In this document: positions 24,001 to 37,900 of the stretch, one piece after another | Position numbering within the stretch: position 1 is the stretch's first letter | Layout: every line of letters starts with the position of its first letter | Source of the DNA: Ruditapes philippinarum | Lineage: Eukaryota | NCBI RefSeq assembly: GCF_026571515.1 | Contig: NW_026862689.1 | Coordinates: 1 to 64,000, forward strand | Length of the DNA: 64,000 nucleotides | Direction: 5' to 3' | Position numbers and translations under genes: made by a program | Notes under the pieces: model-generated | Seen by the model: only the letters and a program-made list of their open reading frames with translations | What the model was told of the DNA's origin: nothing | The model's database searches: none

Positions 24001-27000
24001 TGACATATGGCTTTGAAACTTTGCTCACTTGTTCACCATCATGACCCCAACCTGTAGACAGGAGAAGGTAACTCTATCAAGCATTTTGACAGAATTATGC
24101 CCCTTTTTCGACTTAGAATTTACATTAAAGTTTTTGTAATACCTCAAATATTTTCAAAATCCATAGACATATGGCTTTGAAACTTTGCACACTTGTTCAC
24201 CATCATGACCCCAACCTGTAAACAGGAGGAGGTAACTCTATCAAGCATTTTGACAGAATTATGCCCCTTTTTCGACTTAGAATTTATGTTAAAGTTTTTG
24301 TAATAGTTCAAATATTTTCAAAGTCCATTGACATATGGCTTTGAAACTTTGCACACTTGTTCACCATCATGACCCCAACCTGTAAACAGGAGGAGGTAAC
24401 TGTATCAAGCATTTTTTTTACTATCAAGCACTAAGAATAGTCGAGCGTTGCTGTCCTACTGACAGCTCTTGTTTTTAAATCAGATTATCAGATTTGGAAT
24501 TGTATTTTCTTCAAGTTTTAGAATTGATTATTTTTTTTTAGATTTACCATTTGTTAATGAGGCTATTCCATTTTAATATTTCATACATGAACCTTAAATT
24601 TTCAACAAAAAAATAACAGACCTGATCATAGGCAGTTGGTTATATTCTGTAGGACCTTCAACAAATTAGTAGAACTTATAGATATAAATGTAAATGAATT
24701 GGTGTGTGACAGATCCTTAAACCTATTTTTTTATCCCTATGCTATGATAAAGAATTGACTTCCACATGATACTTGTATGTGAACAAAATAACTTGATTAT
24801 TATATACATGTACATATATGTAAAATATATGATATTTCTCAATAGCCAGTAAATAAATTATTAAAAATGGCTACACAATCATTTTCTGATAGTATGAACC
24901 ATTGTTTCATAGGACTAAAGGCTGAGAAGTTAAAATTCTGATATTAGTATATTTATTTATTATGTAAAAAATTGTCTTATTTTTCAGCTGAACTGTTCCA
25001 CAAACTGACTCAGGCTCTTGACATCCTCACCGATGCTGCTGCAAAGGTACTCTTACTAGTATTGTGTTGTCTAAGTGGCCTGTCTAACTGATCAATTTAT
25101 AAATGGGAAAATTATAAAATCAACAAGATAAAAATGTAAAGTTAATTTACCTTCATTTTTTATTTGTTGTGAAAATTTCTTCTGCTGTATAAGTTGTGAA
25201 CATAATTTGTGATTACATGAAATCATGACTAATGAGGAGAAGTGGCTGGAATTGTAGAACTGTCGGCCTCTCAACCTATGGGTTGTGGGTTCCAGCCCTG
25301 CTTTGGTGGCAACCAAAATTTCCTCATTGATACTAATTCTTTGTCTTGGTAGTATCTGAGCATCAAATGCTTTGAAAGTGAATAATTATTTATGGCAAGA
25401 ATTTGTTGTACAATCAAGCATAGATGATCAATGTTAAATTAAAGTAGTGCCACAATGATTCTGATGTATACTTTATTCTTTACAGGCAGCCTATGATAAA
25501 ATACTCAAAGCCAAAAAAGCTGCATTACTACGCCAGAAACATTACGACTCTAAAAGAAAAAAGTTCAAAGAAGGTCAGTAATTTATTTACAATATATTTG
25601 TTTGGAAAGGATATTTTGTTTCTTCTTTATATATTGTTGTTGGTGACTGTGCATATATATGTTTAACTTGCTGAATTTTTGTAATGAGTTTGCAAAAAGC
25701 TTTGAGATTGGAACAGTCTTTTAACCTTTAAAGCTGCTCACCTCCAGATGAACCCAAGTATTTCAAGAAAATCAAAATTAACTAAGATGTTACAAAAGAT
25801 TCAAATAATAATTGACATCTTACGTGAGATTAAAAAATGATTTTGTAGTTGCGTGACTTAAGCAGTAAGGGCTATTTTCGCATATTTTGACTAATTTCTG
25901 GTAATTTACATGGATTGTAAGTGCTGTTTGCAATGTGCAAATTACTTTTTTGTTTACTTCACATTATCTAACTTTTAGATACATTTTCAAAATTTTCATA
26001 AATTTGGCATGAATCTGGAGGCATGTTTTAAGGGATTTCAATATTGAATTACAAAATTGACCTACCAACAGTATAGAGCATGGTCAAACTGCATCCTTGT
26101 ACAGATGCCTAGATATAGGGGCATTTTTAACATAAATTAGATGTTAATAATTTGATGTCTACTTATAACATTCATAGTTCTGCAAAGTATGTGTGCATCT
26201 TTGTTGTTTAAACTTAAATGGTAAATTATGATTTATAAAATAATCAAATATCAATGAAGTGTTTGACTTTATATACAGATCTAGAGGCAAGAGAGAGGGC
26301 AGCTGGTGAACAGAAGGTAGATTCTGCTGCTGATGCTAGAAAACTACAGGCAGAGGTTTGTCTATTTGCTGCTTTACAAGATCAGTACAGTAGGTTGATG
26401 ATGGTTTGACTTGATACAGAAATAGATTGTGATAAACCTTATCATAACCAGTGTATAAAGACACATGTATTTTACCTTCATTCATCAAGTTCACTGTTGT
26501 TCCATACATCCTCTCAAAGGTATTTGTTGAAAATATTTCCCCATACCTTTTGACTGTTTGATGATACTGACATACAGTGTAGTTCAAATTCTCAAGAGAT
26601 AGATGAGTATATTACCTTGCTGCATATTTCTGCCTAAGATAATTAAAATAGGGCATCTGACACCTGTGTGCCATTTGTCAGTATAAGTAAACTTTCCTTC
26701 GTCATACAGCTTAAAAATACAATTTTATAGAAATCGAAGATCATTAATAGAAGTCTTATGTGTAGACAGGGTTGCCAGCGGACTTGAAAAGTCAGGGAAA
26801 TTGGGTATTTTTTCAAGGTCAGGGAATTGTCAGGGAATTTTGAAATTTGGTCAGTGAAAAATGAAATTCCTGAAAAGTCAGTGAAAAGTCAGGGAAAAAT
26901 TATTTCAAAGGTCGAGAAATATACGCATTGAAGGTCTATCTTGGCCATGGCAGTCTTTAGGCATTTAATATTTGACTTTATCACTCTCACAGTTAAGCAT

Positions 27001-30000
27001 TAAATTCAAATAACAGTAGACTGTGATATTAAGAAGCATTATATGTTAACTTAGTGATTATAATACCCATTATTTACCTTAGAACATCACTCAGCCTAAA
27101 GACTGAAAGGCTTTGCAACCCTTGCTATTTCTGTGCATGATCACTAGAAGTGCTTTTACCTACTAGCAATATCTAGTCAGTTCACTGTATTCTGTATTGG
27201 TCTAGCTATTTGCATGATCACTAGAAGGGCTTTTAATTACTAACAAAATCTAGTCAGTATACATGTATACCAAACTACCATATTGGCATATAACCTGCTT
27301 TGCTTTTTGCTTTGACACTAAGAAATTGTACAAAAGGATTTGTCTTGCAAACATGATGGACACTGGCTAAATTATGCAATGCACTAACTTTTTTTCACAC
27401 TAACTTACTTCACTCATTCAAAGTCTTTAATTTTATAGTGATTATTTCATGATATGCCAAAATGAGCCCTTTGTTCTTGTTTTCACAATCAGTGGAGTTT
27501 ATCATGATGCCTTATACAAGTAACTGTGTTAAATGTTTATTGTTCTTATAGTTTAGAGATGTTTAAATTTTAAGTTTTGTCATACAAGTATTTCTCTTAT
27601 AGTCTTGGTGTTTTATGTGTTACTACTAGGAAGGAAAGAGTGACTTATGTGATTTCTAATACAGATGCTTATATTATGATTCTTCTGATTTTCATGTCAT
27701 ATGTTTCACTGACCAACAGTCACACTGTGTTTGAATAGAAATAGTTAAGAATAGTAGAACACAATGTTTGAATCATTACTTTGATGTAAATGTTTTTTAT
27801 TTTGGAAAATAAACACAAATTTACATGCAAAAATATAATGGGAGGATTGGACGGCTGAAGGGGAGGTCAGGAGGCCGTTTATGTGTTTGACGATTTTGGT
27901 CAGTGAAAAACATAAATTGGTCAGTGAAAAGTCAGGGAAAAGTCAGGGAATTTTATTTCACCAAAGTGCTGGCAACCCTGGTAGAAAACTGCAAAATTAA
28001 CTTGATTAGTTTTTATAAATTTCTAGATTGAGAGGTTACGTAAAGATGGCAACAGAATATTACAAGAGACACAGGAACAATTACGTAAAGATTTAGAGGA
28101 GAAGTTGAATAAAGCAGCTGATGATGGTGATGATGATGATGATGACTGTAGCACCGTAAAAATTAAGGTATGTAAGATAATGAGATTAATAGAGGCGTGT
28201 CCCTGACTGCTCTTATCAGCTTTCGAATCAAGATATTGTTTTGGTCTTAATATTTTGTATCAAAGGCAGTGCTAAGTTGAATATGATGTTTTATACTTAG
28301 AATTACATAAATATGTTTACAGTATTTTCAAATGATGCTTTTGATGTTAAGTGTTTTATCCCTGTATTTTAAGATGGGAATTCATTTTCCAATTAAGCAC
28401 ATCCTAACAATATTCTTTTCTTTGCCACCATGTAACAATAAGATTTGTTTATTTATTTTTGACTAATAATCCTATATATTTTCTGTTAAAAAAAAGATTA
28501 ATTTAAGGCAGTTACAGGTTTGATGTGTTTGGCTGACATTCCTTACCATTTTGAGATCTTAAATTGATCATTGACAGCTCTAGAAACTGAACAAGTCCAT
28601 TTCACAAATTTAGTGGGTAAAAGGTTAACTTTAATATTGTTGTTATTTTTAGGCTAAGTGGAAAATAAGGAAAGGTGAGAATAGAGATGAGGGCTACACT
28701 AAACAAGAGTTAGAAGACATATTTTCTAAGGTATGTAGTGATCGGATAAATATGACATATCACATGTCATGATACAAATTAAAATTTACTATATTGTTTC
28801 TAAGAATCTGTTGCACATTAATTACAGAAATGATTTTTTAAATGGAATTTTGATTAAAATTAAAATTTAGCTTGACTATTCATGGACTTAAATTGACAAA
28901 GTCCGTGATACATTCTATAAAAAGGAGAGCTGTCCTACTAACCTGGGTGTTGGTTAAGTTTTTGTACCACTTTACTTTATTTCTACAACAACTTATCACA
29001 ACATTAACATCAAAACTTCTGATATAGTTCTTGCATTTTAATGGCATGAAAATTATATGTAAGTTTTACAATGACATTGCTGTATGCTGTGGTAGTCATT
29101 TACAGAAATTCTTGTATGATTTTAGTATGGTGAAGTGTTGAATCTAGTTGTATCAGTGAAGAAATCAGGAACTGCCATTGTAGAATATTCATCGCCTTAT
29201 ACAGCTGTAAGTTGTCTATATTACTGAAAATTCATTTGTCGTTTAGATTATCAACACATGACTTCAGGATACATGTAGTTGATTCTAAAACTTTATAAGT
29301 AAAAGTTGAATACTGCTGAAACTGATGCTAAGGTGTGTGAGAGATATTGCAGTTTTCATTGTCATTTTCATAATGAACAGATTTATTAAATCATTTTAAT
29401 TTTATTTGTCTCCTCCCCATTTCTACATGTATAATTGTTTTTTACAAATGCAAACAATTTTTCTAAGTAGATATACAAGTTTGAAGCTTTGTTCTAGTTA
29501 AATCTAAGTAATTGTTTTTTTACTTGTTTAAGAAAACTTTTTGTAAAAATTTGGGAATCCTTAAAAATAACGGGAAAATTTAAATACTTGATAGTCTGCA
29601 ATAATGAACAAAGGAACTACTTGGTTACAGTCTATAACAATGGAGAACCAAATAAAAAAGATTTTCTCTGCAGTAAAGTAAAACTTGTATTTATTTATTG
29701 ATTTCATTATTTGATTACTATTCACAGGACCTTGCAGTAAGGAATGTAAAAGGAAAGGAAGATTTTCCACTAACATTGTCTTGGTTGTCAGGGCAACCAC
29801 CAGAAGAAAGGCTTGGTAACCATAATAACGAGGCAACAGATGGGGGACAAAAATTTGCCTCAAATACAAGTGTTCCTACATTCTCAACTCCATCTCAGGT
29901 AATAGATAAAATTTGTTGCATATGTAACGAGCTAGTATTGCCTTTAATTGTGACAAAAAGGTCACTCAAAACAATGGCCTACCACAAAAGACTGTACATA

Positions 30001-33000
30001 TTTAGGATAACCTACAAAAGTGAAAATCTTGACAATTCGTTTATCGCTGGTCTCAGTAGAACTTTACCAGTTTAATATACAGTGTATATATTTAATAATT
30101 ATATTTTTAATTTATAATTGAATTTTTGTTTGCAATAGATTCATATTCTTTGATGGTTAAAGTAGATGAACCTGACTTATAGATACGTTGAATTTTGGAA
30201 CACTTTGTATTGAAGCTTAGCTTGCTATGGTTTTAAAGATACACTTGCTTAGTGTTGCAATAAATTTGAGCTGCAAACATATCAAACTTATTTGGTGCCG
30301 TCGAGGGGGGGGGGGGTCCTGTGAATGCTGCCTTTGCTTTGTTGATCTTTAATCTCGTTTTTTTTTGGTTTTATTTGAGGATTCTGCATGGCTTCAAGTT
30401 TTAAGGCATTTACTTGAAGATCAGATTTTTTATGCACCTGAAAGGTCTCTTTTTCTATCTAAAAACAATAAAAATATTGCTAATCCTGGCTTTTTTAAAA
30501 TAACTTGCACCCATGATTCTGTCAATCACGCTGATCACGCTAATATAACAAAAATATAGAAAAATGTCTTCCTGTGTCTTTATTTTCTAGTTTAATCTAT
30601 TCTCGTGTATTCTAAATTGGTGTATAGCCATATGAGAATCAAAGGAATAAAATAACTGTACCAGAGTGCTAAAATATTCCTTTAACATAAAAAAGTGGGG
30701 AAATAGTGTTTAGATTTAATTAATGTAAGCGATTGATGATTATGTTAAGATTAGTAAAAAAGTATTTTTAACCAGGTTTTCAACGAAAACCGTGGTTATT
30801 GTAATGCCGAAGTCGGCGGGCGAGCGGTTGGCGGGCGGGCGGGCGTAAACTTTTGGTTTCCGCTCAATAACTTTGGGATTGCTACCCAGGTGTCTGTGAT
30901 CTAGGTCAAGGTCACTGTTACTAAAAATAGAAATTCAGTTTCCGCTCAATAACTTGAGTTTGCTTTGGCCTATTCACACCAAACTTGGTGTATGGACAGC
31001 TTATATTCAAGAGGCAGCTTGGGATTGGTACCCAGGTGTCTGTGATCAAGGTCAAGGTCACTGTTACTAAAAATAGAAATTCAGTTTCCGCTCAATAACT
31101 TGAGTTTGCTTTGCCTATTCACACCAAACTTGGTGTATGGATAGCTTATATGAAGAGGCAGCTTGGGATTGGTACCCAGGTGTCTGTGATCAAGGTCAAG
31201 GTCATGTTACTAAAAATAGAAAATTCAGTTTCCGCTCAATAACTTGAGTTGCTTTGGCCTATTGACACCAAACTTGGTGTATGGATAGCTTATATCAAGA
31301 GCAGCTTGGGATTGGTACCCAGGTGTCTGTGATCTAGGTCAATGTCACTGTTACTAAAAATAGAAATTCAGTTTCCGCTCAATAACTTGAGATTGCTTTG
31401 GCCTATTGACACCAAACTTGGTGTATGGATAGGTTATTTCAAGATGCAGCTAGGGATTGCTACCCAGGTGCCTGTGATCAAGGTCAAGGTCACTGTTACT
31501 AAAATTAGAAATTCAGTTTCTGCTCAATAACTTGAGATTGCTTTGCCCTATTGACACCAAACTTGATGAATGGGTAGCTTATATCAAGAAGCAGCTTGGG
31601 ATTGCTACCCAGGGGTCTGTGATCAAGGTTAATGCATTTAGTTTTCATGTTAAAACTTGAGTTTGCTTTGACCTTTTGACACTGAACTTGCTGAGTGGCA
31701 GCTTTGGATTGCCACTTAGATATCTGGGTACAAGGTCAAGGTAATTTGCTTACAATAGAATTTTCAGTATCTACTCAATAACTTCAGTGCACTTTGACGT
31801 ATTGATTGTTGTCACATCAAAAGTTGGTCGTTGAAAACCTTGTTTTCGTCGCATTGCGGCGCTTCTTGTTATTTTAATAATGTAGAACAAATTTGAATGA
31901 AGCTATTACTTTTATGGTAAGTACCGGTATTAATGAATGTTTTTTAAACAAGAGCTCTCACAGGAGACAGTGAAGCTCGACTAATTTAATACTGGACGCA
32001 GTAAGGGAGACAAAACTATGGAAGAAAAATCAATTATGATATAAATATATTTCTTCTTATGACAAGAAGTCATTGTTGTTAACATAAATTCCAAGTTCAA
32101 GGGGGAAAATTCTGAAAATAGTCACACTAGAGTTATGGACTTTGTCACACAACATGTGGGTAATGACAAGAAATATATATTTGAAGTTTGAAGTAGATAC
32201 TTAATAAGTAGAGAAGTAAAAATATTTCTTAAAGAAATTTTTAAGTTCAAAGGGAGATAAATCTAAAAATATTGCTTCAAGAGTTATGAACCTCATCACA
32301 CAAGATCTGGTTGATGATAAGGAATATGTATTTGAAGTTTGTGGTAGATACCTTTAAAACTAAAGAAGTTATAGTAAAAGATAACATTTTTCAAGTAAAA
32401 AAAAATCTAAGTTAACAGGGAGATAAATCTTGCAATATTGGTACTAGAGTTATGAACCTTGTCACATAAGATGTGGTTAATGATAAGGAACATAATTATA
32501 TGTGAAGTTTGAAGTTGATCCCTTAAGAAACAAAGAAGTTACAGTAAAAAATAATATTTTTTAAGGAAAATTCTAAGTTCAAGGGGAGATGAATCTGAAA
32601 ATATTGGTGCTAGAGTTATGACCCTTGTCACATAAGATGTGGTTGATAATAAGGAACATATATTTAAAGTATGAAGTTGATCCCTTCAGAAGTAAAGAAG
32701 TTACAGTAAAAAAAAATAATTTGTTTTTAGAAAAAATCTAAGTTCAAGGGGAGATAACTCTGAAAATATTGGTGCTAGAGTTATGAACCTTGTCACTTAA
32801 GTTGTGGTTGATGATAAGGAACATATATTTGAAGTTTGAAGTTGATACCTTAAGAAATGAAAAAGTTATAATGAAAAATATTTTACTGCACCAAAACTTT
32901 AATCTGAAATCTGGACGCGGACGAAGATGCCAACGCCCAGGCTAGTAGGACAGCTCTCCATATACTTTGTATAGTCGAGCTAAAAATTAATTGTACATCA

Positions 33001-33360
33001 TGTATATTGTATTAATTTTCCTGTTTGTAATGATCAAATAATCACCTGCATGGTCATGATCTACTAAATCATTTAGCAACCACTTTTTAGACACAAATAA
33101 TTATATTTTTTCACACTTGAATACAAAAAGTATTTAGGTTAGTTCAATTCAAATTGTTTATGGTGGAGGATAAACCTTAATTGCAGCCAAGCAAGTTTCA
33201 GTATTTAACTATTTTATTTTCACAGCCTTACCAATTCAATGGCCCAGCATCTAGTGATAATAAAGACTTTGAAAGTGTTGTGTTAATGAAGATGAGACAA
33301 GCTGAAGAGAGGAAAAGATTGATAGAACAAATGGAGAAAGAAGATGAAGAAAATGGCTGA
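21095..33360 (+). CDS. DNAJC17: DnaJ homolog subfamily C member 17 (J domain + RRM)
   Basis: Exons 21095-21172, 23788-23857, 24988-25046, 25486-25573, 26279-26355, 28027-28167, 28653-28730, 29126-29206, 29728-29898 and 33226-33360 total 978 nt (325 aa). Motifs: [95 protein letters not shown]. Confidence 0.95.
22211..23776 (+). mobile_element. HINE element with nine 164-bp satellite units
   Basis: TTAGCTCGACTATTC...GAATAGTCGAGC, hairpin GCTGTC-CTACC-GACAGC, end CTTGTT; units at 22280, 22444, 22608 ... 23592. Confidence 0.9.
23873..24473 (+). mobile_element. Second copy of the same HINE family (three 164-bp units)
   Basis: Same termini and unit sequence as 22211-23776. Confidence 0.9.
26767..27980. 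mobile_element. Non-autonomous hAT-like element with 5-bp TSD GTAGA
   Basis: TIR CAGGGTTGCCAGC / GCTGGCAACCCTG; GTAGA at 26762-26766 and 27981-27985; multiple sub-terminal GTCAGGGAA/GTCAGTGAA repeats. Confidence 0.8.
30768..31870 (+). mobile_element. HINE element with a ~145-bp satellite array and (GGGC)n
   Basis: subTIR AACCAGGTTTTCAAC / GTTGAAAACCTTGTT; hairpin GTCGCATTGCGGC; units at 30930, 31076, 31219, 31363 and 31508. Confidence 0.85.
31947..32983 (-). mobile_element. Older HINE element with diverged ~165-170 bp units
   Basis: AACAAGAGCT...GCTCGACTA start; ATAGTCGAGCTAA end; repeated CTAAGTTCAAGGGGAGATAA...AGAGTTATGAACCTTGTCAC. Confidence 0.8.
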
Positions 33361-33459
33361 CACCTGTGATTATTAACCTGTGGACATCTGATATATTTTT
33401 AAATCACTCATTTAAACATCTGACTCGTATGAAGTGGTTTTCCTATTCTCTTGCAAATG

Positions 33460-33745
33460 AGATGCTCCATTGTAATTGTAAATCTAAGCTGAATGTCCCA
33501 AGATTTGTGATTTCATATCTCAGCTGAATGTCCCCAAGATTTGTGATTTTATACCTGAGCAGAATTTCACCAGGATTTTTGATTGTATATCTGAGTTGAA
33601 ACTTGCAAGATTTGTGATTGATATCTAAGATTTTTGTCATCAAACTTTGTGATTGTATAATCTAAGCTGAATATCGAGAAGATTTGTGATTGTATATTGT
33701 AGCTGAAAGTTATGTGATTGATAATATCTAAAGTGAATGTCACAA
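33460..33745 (+). repeat. ~36-bp degenerate minisatellite in the DNAJC17 3' region
   Basis: Repeated GATTTGTGATT(T/G)TATATCT(C/G/A)AGCTGAATGTC. Confidence 0.65.
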
Positions 33746-33826
33746 AGATGAAAACTCTTCTTTTATCCTTTATTTTTTGTAAGTTTTAAAAATAGAATTC
33801 AATTTGAATCAATGAAGTATCAAATA

Positions 33827-34550
33827 TTGTATTCCTAGAAATGTTCGCGGATACAATATTTCGCGTTTTTCACAACGTCGGCATTTTCGCGGAGACAAAC
33901 TTTCGCGGATATGTAGTAACCGCGAATTCCGCGAATGTTAAGTCGCTACGGTCTAAATTACAGCTTTTAGAGGCTACGTTTTTGATGCATAACCTTGCCT
34001 GTTGGGTGCTTTTAATTATTTTATTTTTTTGACAAGTCGCGCCTAAAGCGCAACGTTACTCGATTCATTTTCATCTATTGACTAGTTGAACAAGGACGGT
34101 TGTTCCGTGAACACTTTCATGTTTCCTTACCTTTTTTCATTATGTTATTAAGTAAGATTTAGTCAGACCCGTTAGCTTTTATTCTCATTTGAATCCTAAC
34201 TGACTTTATCTTCAAAATGTCGATACTTTTTTTTACACATTATCGGACTGTACATCGCTTTCATTATAACAACATAACAGCTGTTTATCAATGTAGCACT
34301 TTATCGCTTTTGTACTTTTAACAAAGGATTACACCTACTCCAAGCAAATAAAATCCAAGTCATTCAATGTTCGCAAACTGTAAATGCGTTTGTCAACGCT
34401 GTGACTAGCAAATAACGTTAATAAGCATGATAATTACTAATAATATAATTTGTTATAAGTGACATATTCGCGGCTATAAAGATTCGCGGAATCATGCCTA
34501 CCGCGAAAACCGCTAACTTAAAATGCGCGAAATCTTTTCTAGGAATACAG
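33827..34550. mobile_element. Tc1/mariner-type MITE (TA TSD)
   Basis: TA|TTGTATTCCTAGAA ... TTCTAGGAATACAG|TA; sub-terminal TTCGCG/CGCGAA repeats. Confidence 0.75.
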
Positions 34551-34991
34551 TAATGCATTTGATCTATTTCACTGTCTGAAAAATCAATAAAGAATGCTGC
34601 AACAAAATGTAAATACCTCTACAAGTCGAAATATAATATAAAATATAATCTGTTCTGTGACTGGAACAAAAATTGAAATGACAAAAATGTTGCACTTGGT
34701 TTTAGATAAAGATTAAGGTAATGGATATTGAAATTTGTTTCTTGTTGACAATTGTTGATAGTTATTGAGTTTGGAGTCATAGACATAAACAATTGCATCT
34801 TATTGCATCTTAGAAAATATAACTCAACAAAAAAATAAACAATGAAGTGAAGATATTGGGAGCATTGTTACTGTGCTGAATCTGGAAAAATAAAAAAGTA
34901 CTTTAATATGTATATGTATTTTTTTACACAGAATAAAATATGAAATATTTTTGTAGTAATTTATTTGAACTAAGTAAATAAAATAAAGATG

Positions 34992-37900
34992 TTAAACAAG
35001 TTTTCTCCTCAATATTTTACCACTTGGTAATCTTGGTATTTCTTTAACAATGTGAACACCACCTCTTAACTGTTTATATGGGGCAACTTTAGCTGAAAGT
35101 AAAAGAACTAAACTTATAAAATAAAGATAAAAATAAATAAAAATATATAACTAAAAATATATCGCTAAGGAACATGTCAACTATTATAAGTGATATCAAC
35201 TCTGTTACTGATTTTTACTGATAAAAAATTGTGAGTTAAAATGTTATGTTGACATGAATCTCTTTATTCTGAGGGGTTATTTTGGCGATCATTGCCTTCT
35301 ACTTTATTTAATTTTAGTGTTACAGAAAAAGAAATAATAATAATAATAAAATACCGGTAACTTTTTTTGCCAAATTAATAGTGATCTTGTTATTGATTTT
35401 GAGACATTGATGTTAAAGAGTCATTTTTAGCAAGTTGTTACTTCTGACAATGTTAGTCTGTTCATTCTTAAAACATGGGATTTGTTAAAATTGGGAACTA
35501 TTCTTTCAACTGAAATGTATATACATGTATAACGTTATCATAAAAGCACTGTACATACAATTCACAAAGTCTGCTAGAGTAGATTCAGGTGTTTTATTAT
35601 TGCACACAACAAACGCTGTAGGAAGATGACCATCAACACCATGTGGTATACCCACAACTGCAGCATCCTCTACACTTTGGTGGGACAATAGAATAGATTC
35701 CAGATAAACGGGAGAAATCTGAAAATCATAAAGTAATAGATTTTTCCATCAGGTAATAAATAAATAAATACAATGCAGCCTGCGCAGTGTTGCTATTTAA
35801 AAAGCGATTACCTCTTTACAACAATAGTCTCAAGTTTCCTAAAGTAATACTTTGCAATAGATTTAACCTCGTAGAGCATCACCTCTGTCAACAAGAAAAA
35901 TCTTTGTCTCCCAAACACGTTTCTCTACAGAGGTTGTATTGAAGTTGAGCTTCATGCCCAATAAGTTTGATAGGAAAACTTTATCGTAATAATTAAGTGT
36001 TAAATCGATGTACCTGCACGTTATGAAGTTCAGAAGTTTCATTTGGCAATGCATTCTGTGTAAAGTCTATCTTTTTGACTTTGTATGTTCCAATTAAGGT
36101 ACAATTAGTACATAAACATAAATTGTTTAATTATCTTCAATTGACTATATTACTATGGATAATCATAATTTTAATAACTTTATATTTGATTTAATACTGA
36201 CATACCTGATATCCCTTGTATTTTATTATTTCTTTGAGTCTGTCCACAACAAAATAATGACCATCTTTGTCAAAGTAACCTATGTCTCCTGTAACATTTA
36301 ATTTATTTTTCTATCAAAATATTGTAAGTGTATATTAATATGTGTACAGTGGAATAATTTGTACCCGTCAGGTCCTCTTATTATAGTATGTATTTTATTT
36401 TTGCAGTGATTTCAATGGGATATAAATGTGTATTTACAGTTTATTTTTAATATATACAGTTGACACTTTATATGATGTAAAGGTTCGAGGTAGGTAAAAG
36501 TAAATTATAGTACCTGTTCTCATCCATCCGTCATCTGTAAATGTCTCTCTAGTAGCTGCAGGATTGTTCAGGTAGCCCTTCATTATCTGTGGTCCTCGAA
36601 CCATTATCTCCCCTTGCTGATCTACACCAAGGTCACGTCTCGACTCTATATCCATTATCTTTAAGTTAATTCATGAAAATAAAGCACAAATAAGTAACTT
36701 CTATCAATTACGACAAAAGGAATGACTACATGTACTTGCTTTACATATGTTTGTGTTTTCGACTCATTTTCATTTAAAAAGACAGGCACAAATACATGTC
36801 AAAGCTGTATTTGTTAAAAGTTAACTATTATGCTAGGAGAGTTTCTTGAAAAGACATGAGTGTCGTACCTTACATTCCGTGTTAGGTAATGGTACACCAA
36901 TAGAGCCATATTTCCAACCATCCAGAGGTGTTGTGTGTGTCGCAGGACTAGCTTCTGACATTCCATAACCTGTAGAAAATTAGTGTACGCTTACTTTTAA
37001 TGGTAAAATGCTCACTTTTTTTGGATCGAACTTGTTCTCTCATCTTGTTTGAAATTGTAATGGCTTTTTTATTAGCTCACCTGTCACAAAGTGACCCAGG
37101 ATGTCTTTGATTTGTTTATATGTATGTAGAAAAAGATTTTTTAAAAAACGTAGATATTAAGCATGAAACATCCAGTAAGTGTCTACCAAGTTTGTACAAA
37201 TAAAAGCCATGTGGTCAAAATTGGCCCCACCCCAAGGGGTCATATGTATTTATTAAAAACTTTAAAAAATCTTTTTCTATCACCATATCGGGTTTTAATA
37301 TGTATATAGTAAAAGAATTCTTCTCTTAATTTATAAGAGCTTAAGCTTCGTTTCCATAGCAACCAGTGACTTCATGGCAGCCATTGACTTTTCATAGCAA
37401 ACTGTTAATTTTCATAGCAACAAGTGACTTCCATAGAAAACATTAACTTTCCGTAGCAACAAGTGAATCTAGCATTGAATTTCATGGCAAGCACCGACCT
37501 CCAAGGAAACCATTTATTATACATGGCAGACAGTGATACCTTATGGAACTGTTGTTTTCACCTAGCAATTTCAACCAGTTATGTTTTGACACATGCACTA
37601 TTTCAGATATGAATATGAACTTTGTGATATCAGTTAAAGATTTATATTTCTGCCCCCACAAAGTGGGGAGCATATAGCGTTGCACTTGTCCGTACGTCTG
37701 CCCGTCCGTACGTCTGTCCGTACGTCCCGAAATCTTGTGAACGCAACTCCTCTTAAACCGGATATGGCAGATTTTGCTTAAACTTCAAGGGATAAACAAC
37801 CTTAATTTGTAGATGGTAGTAAAGGAAAGAATTTTCGCTGCGACCAAATTTAACAGAATTATGGCCCTTTGTTGATTTTTTCACTATATACTATGTAGAA

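Noticed and set aside
35863-36054. ORF within a 4CL-like intron
   Set aside because: The flanking exons join in frame (KGYQ|ISP) and the ORF has no ANL similarity.
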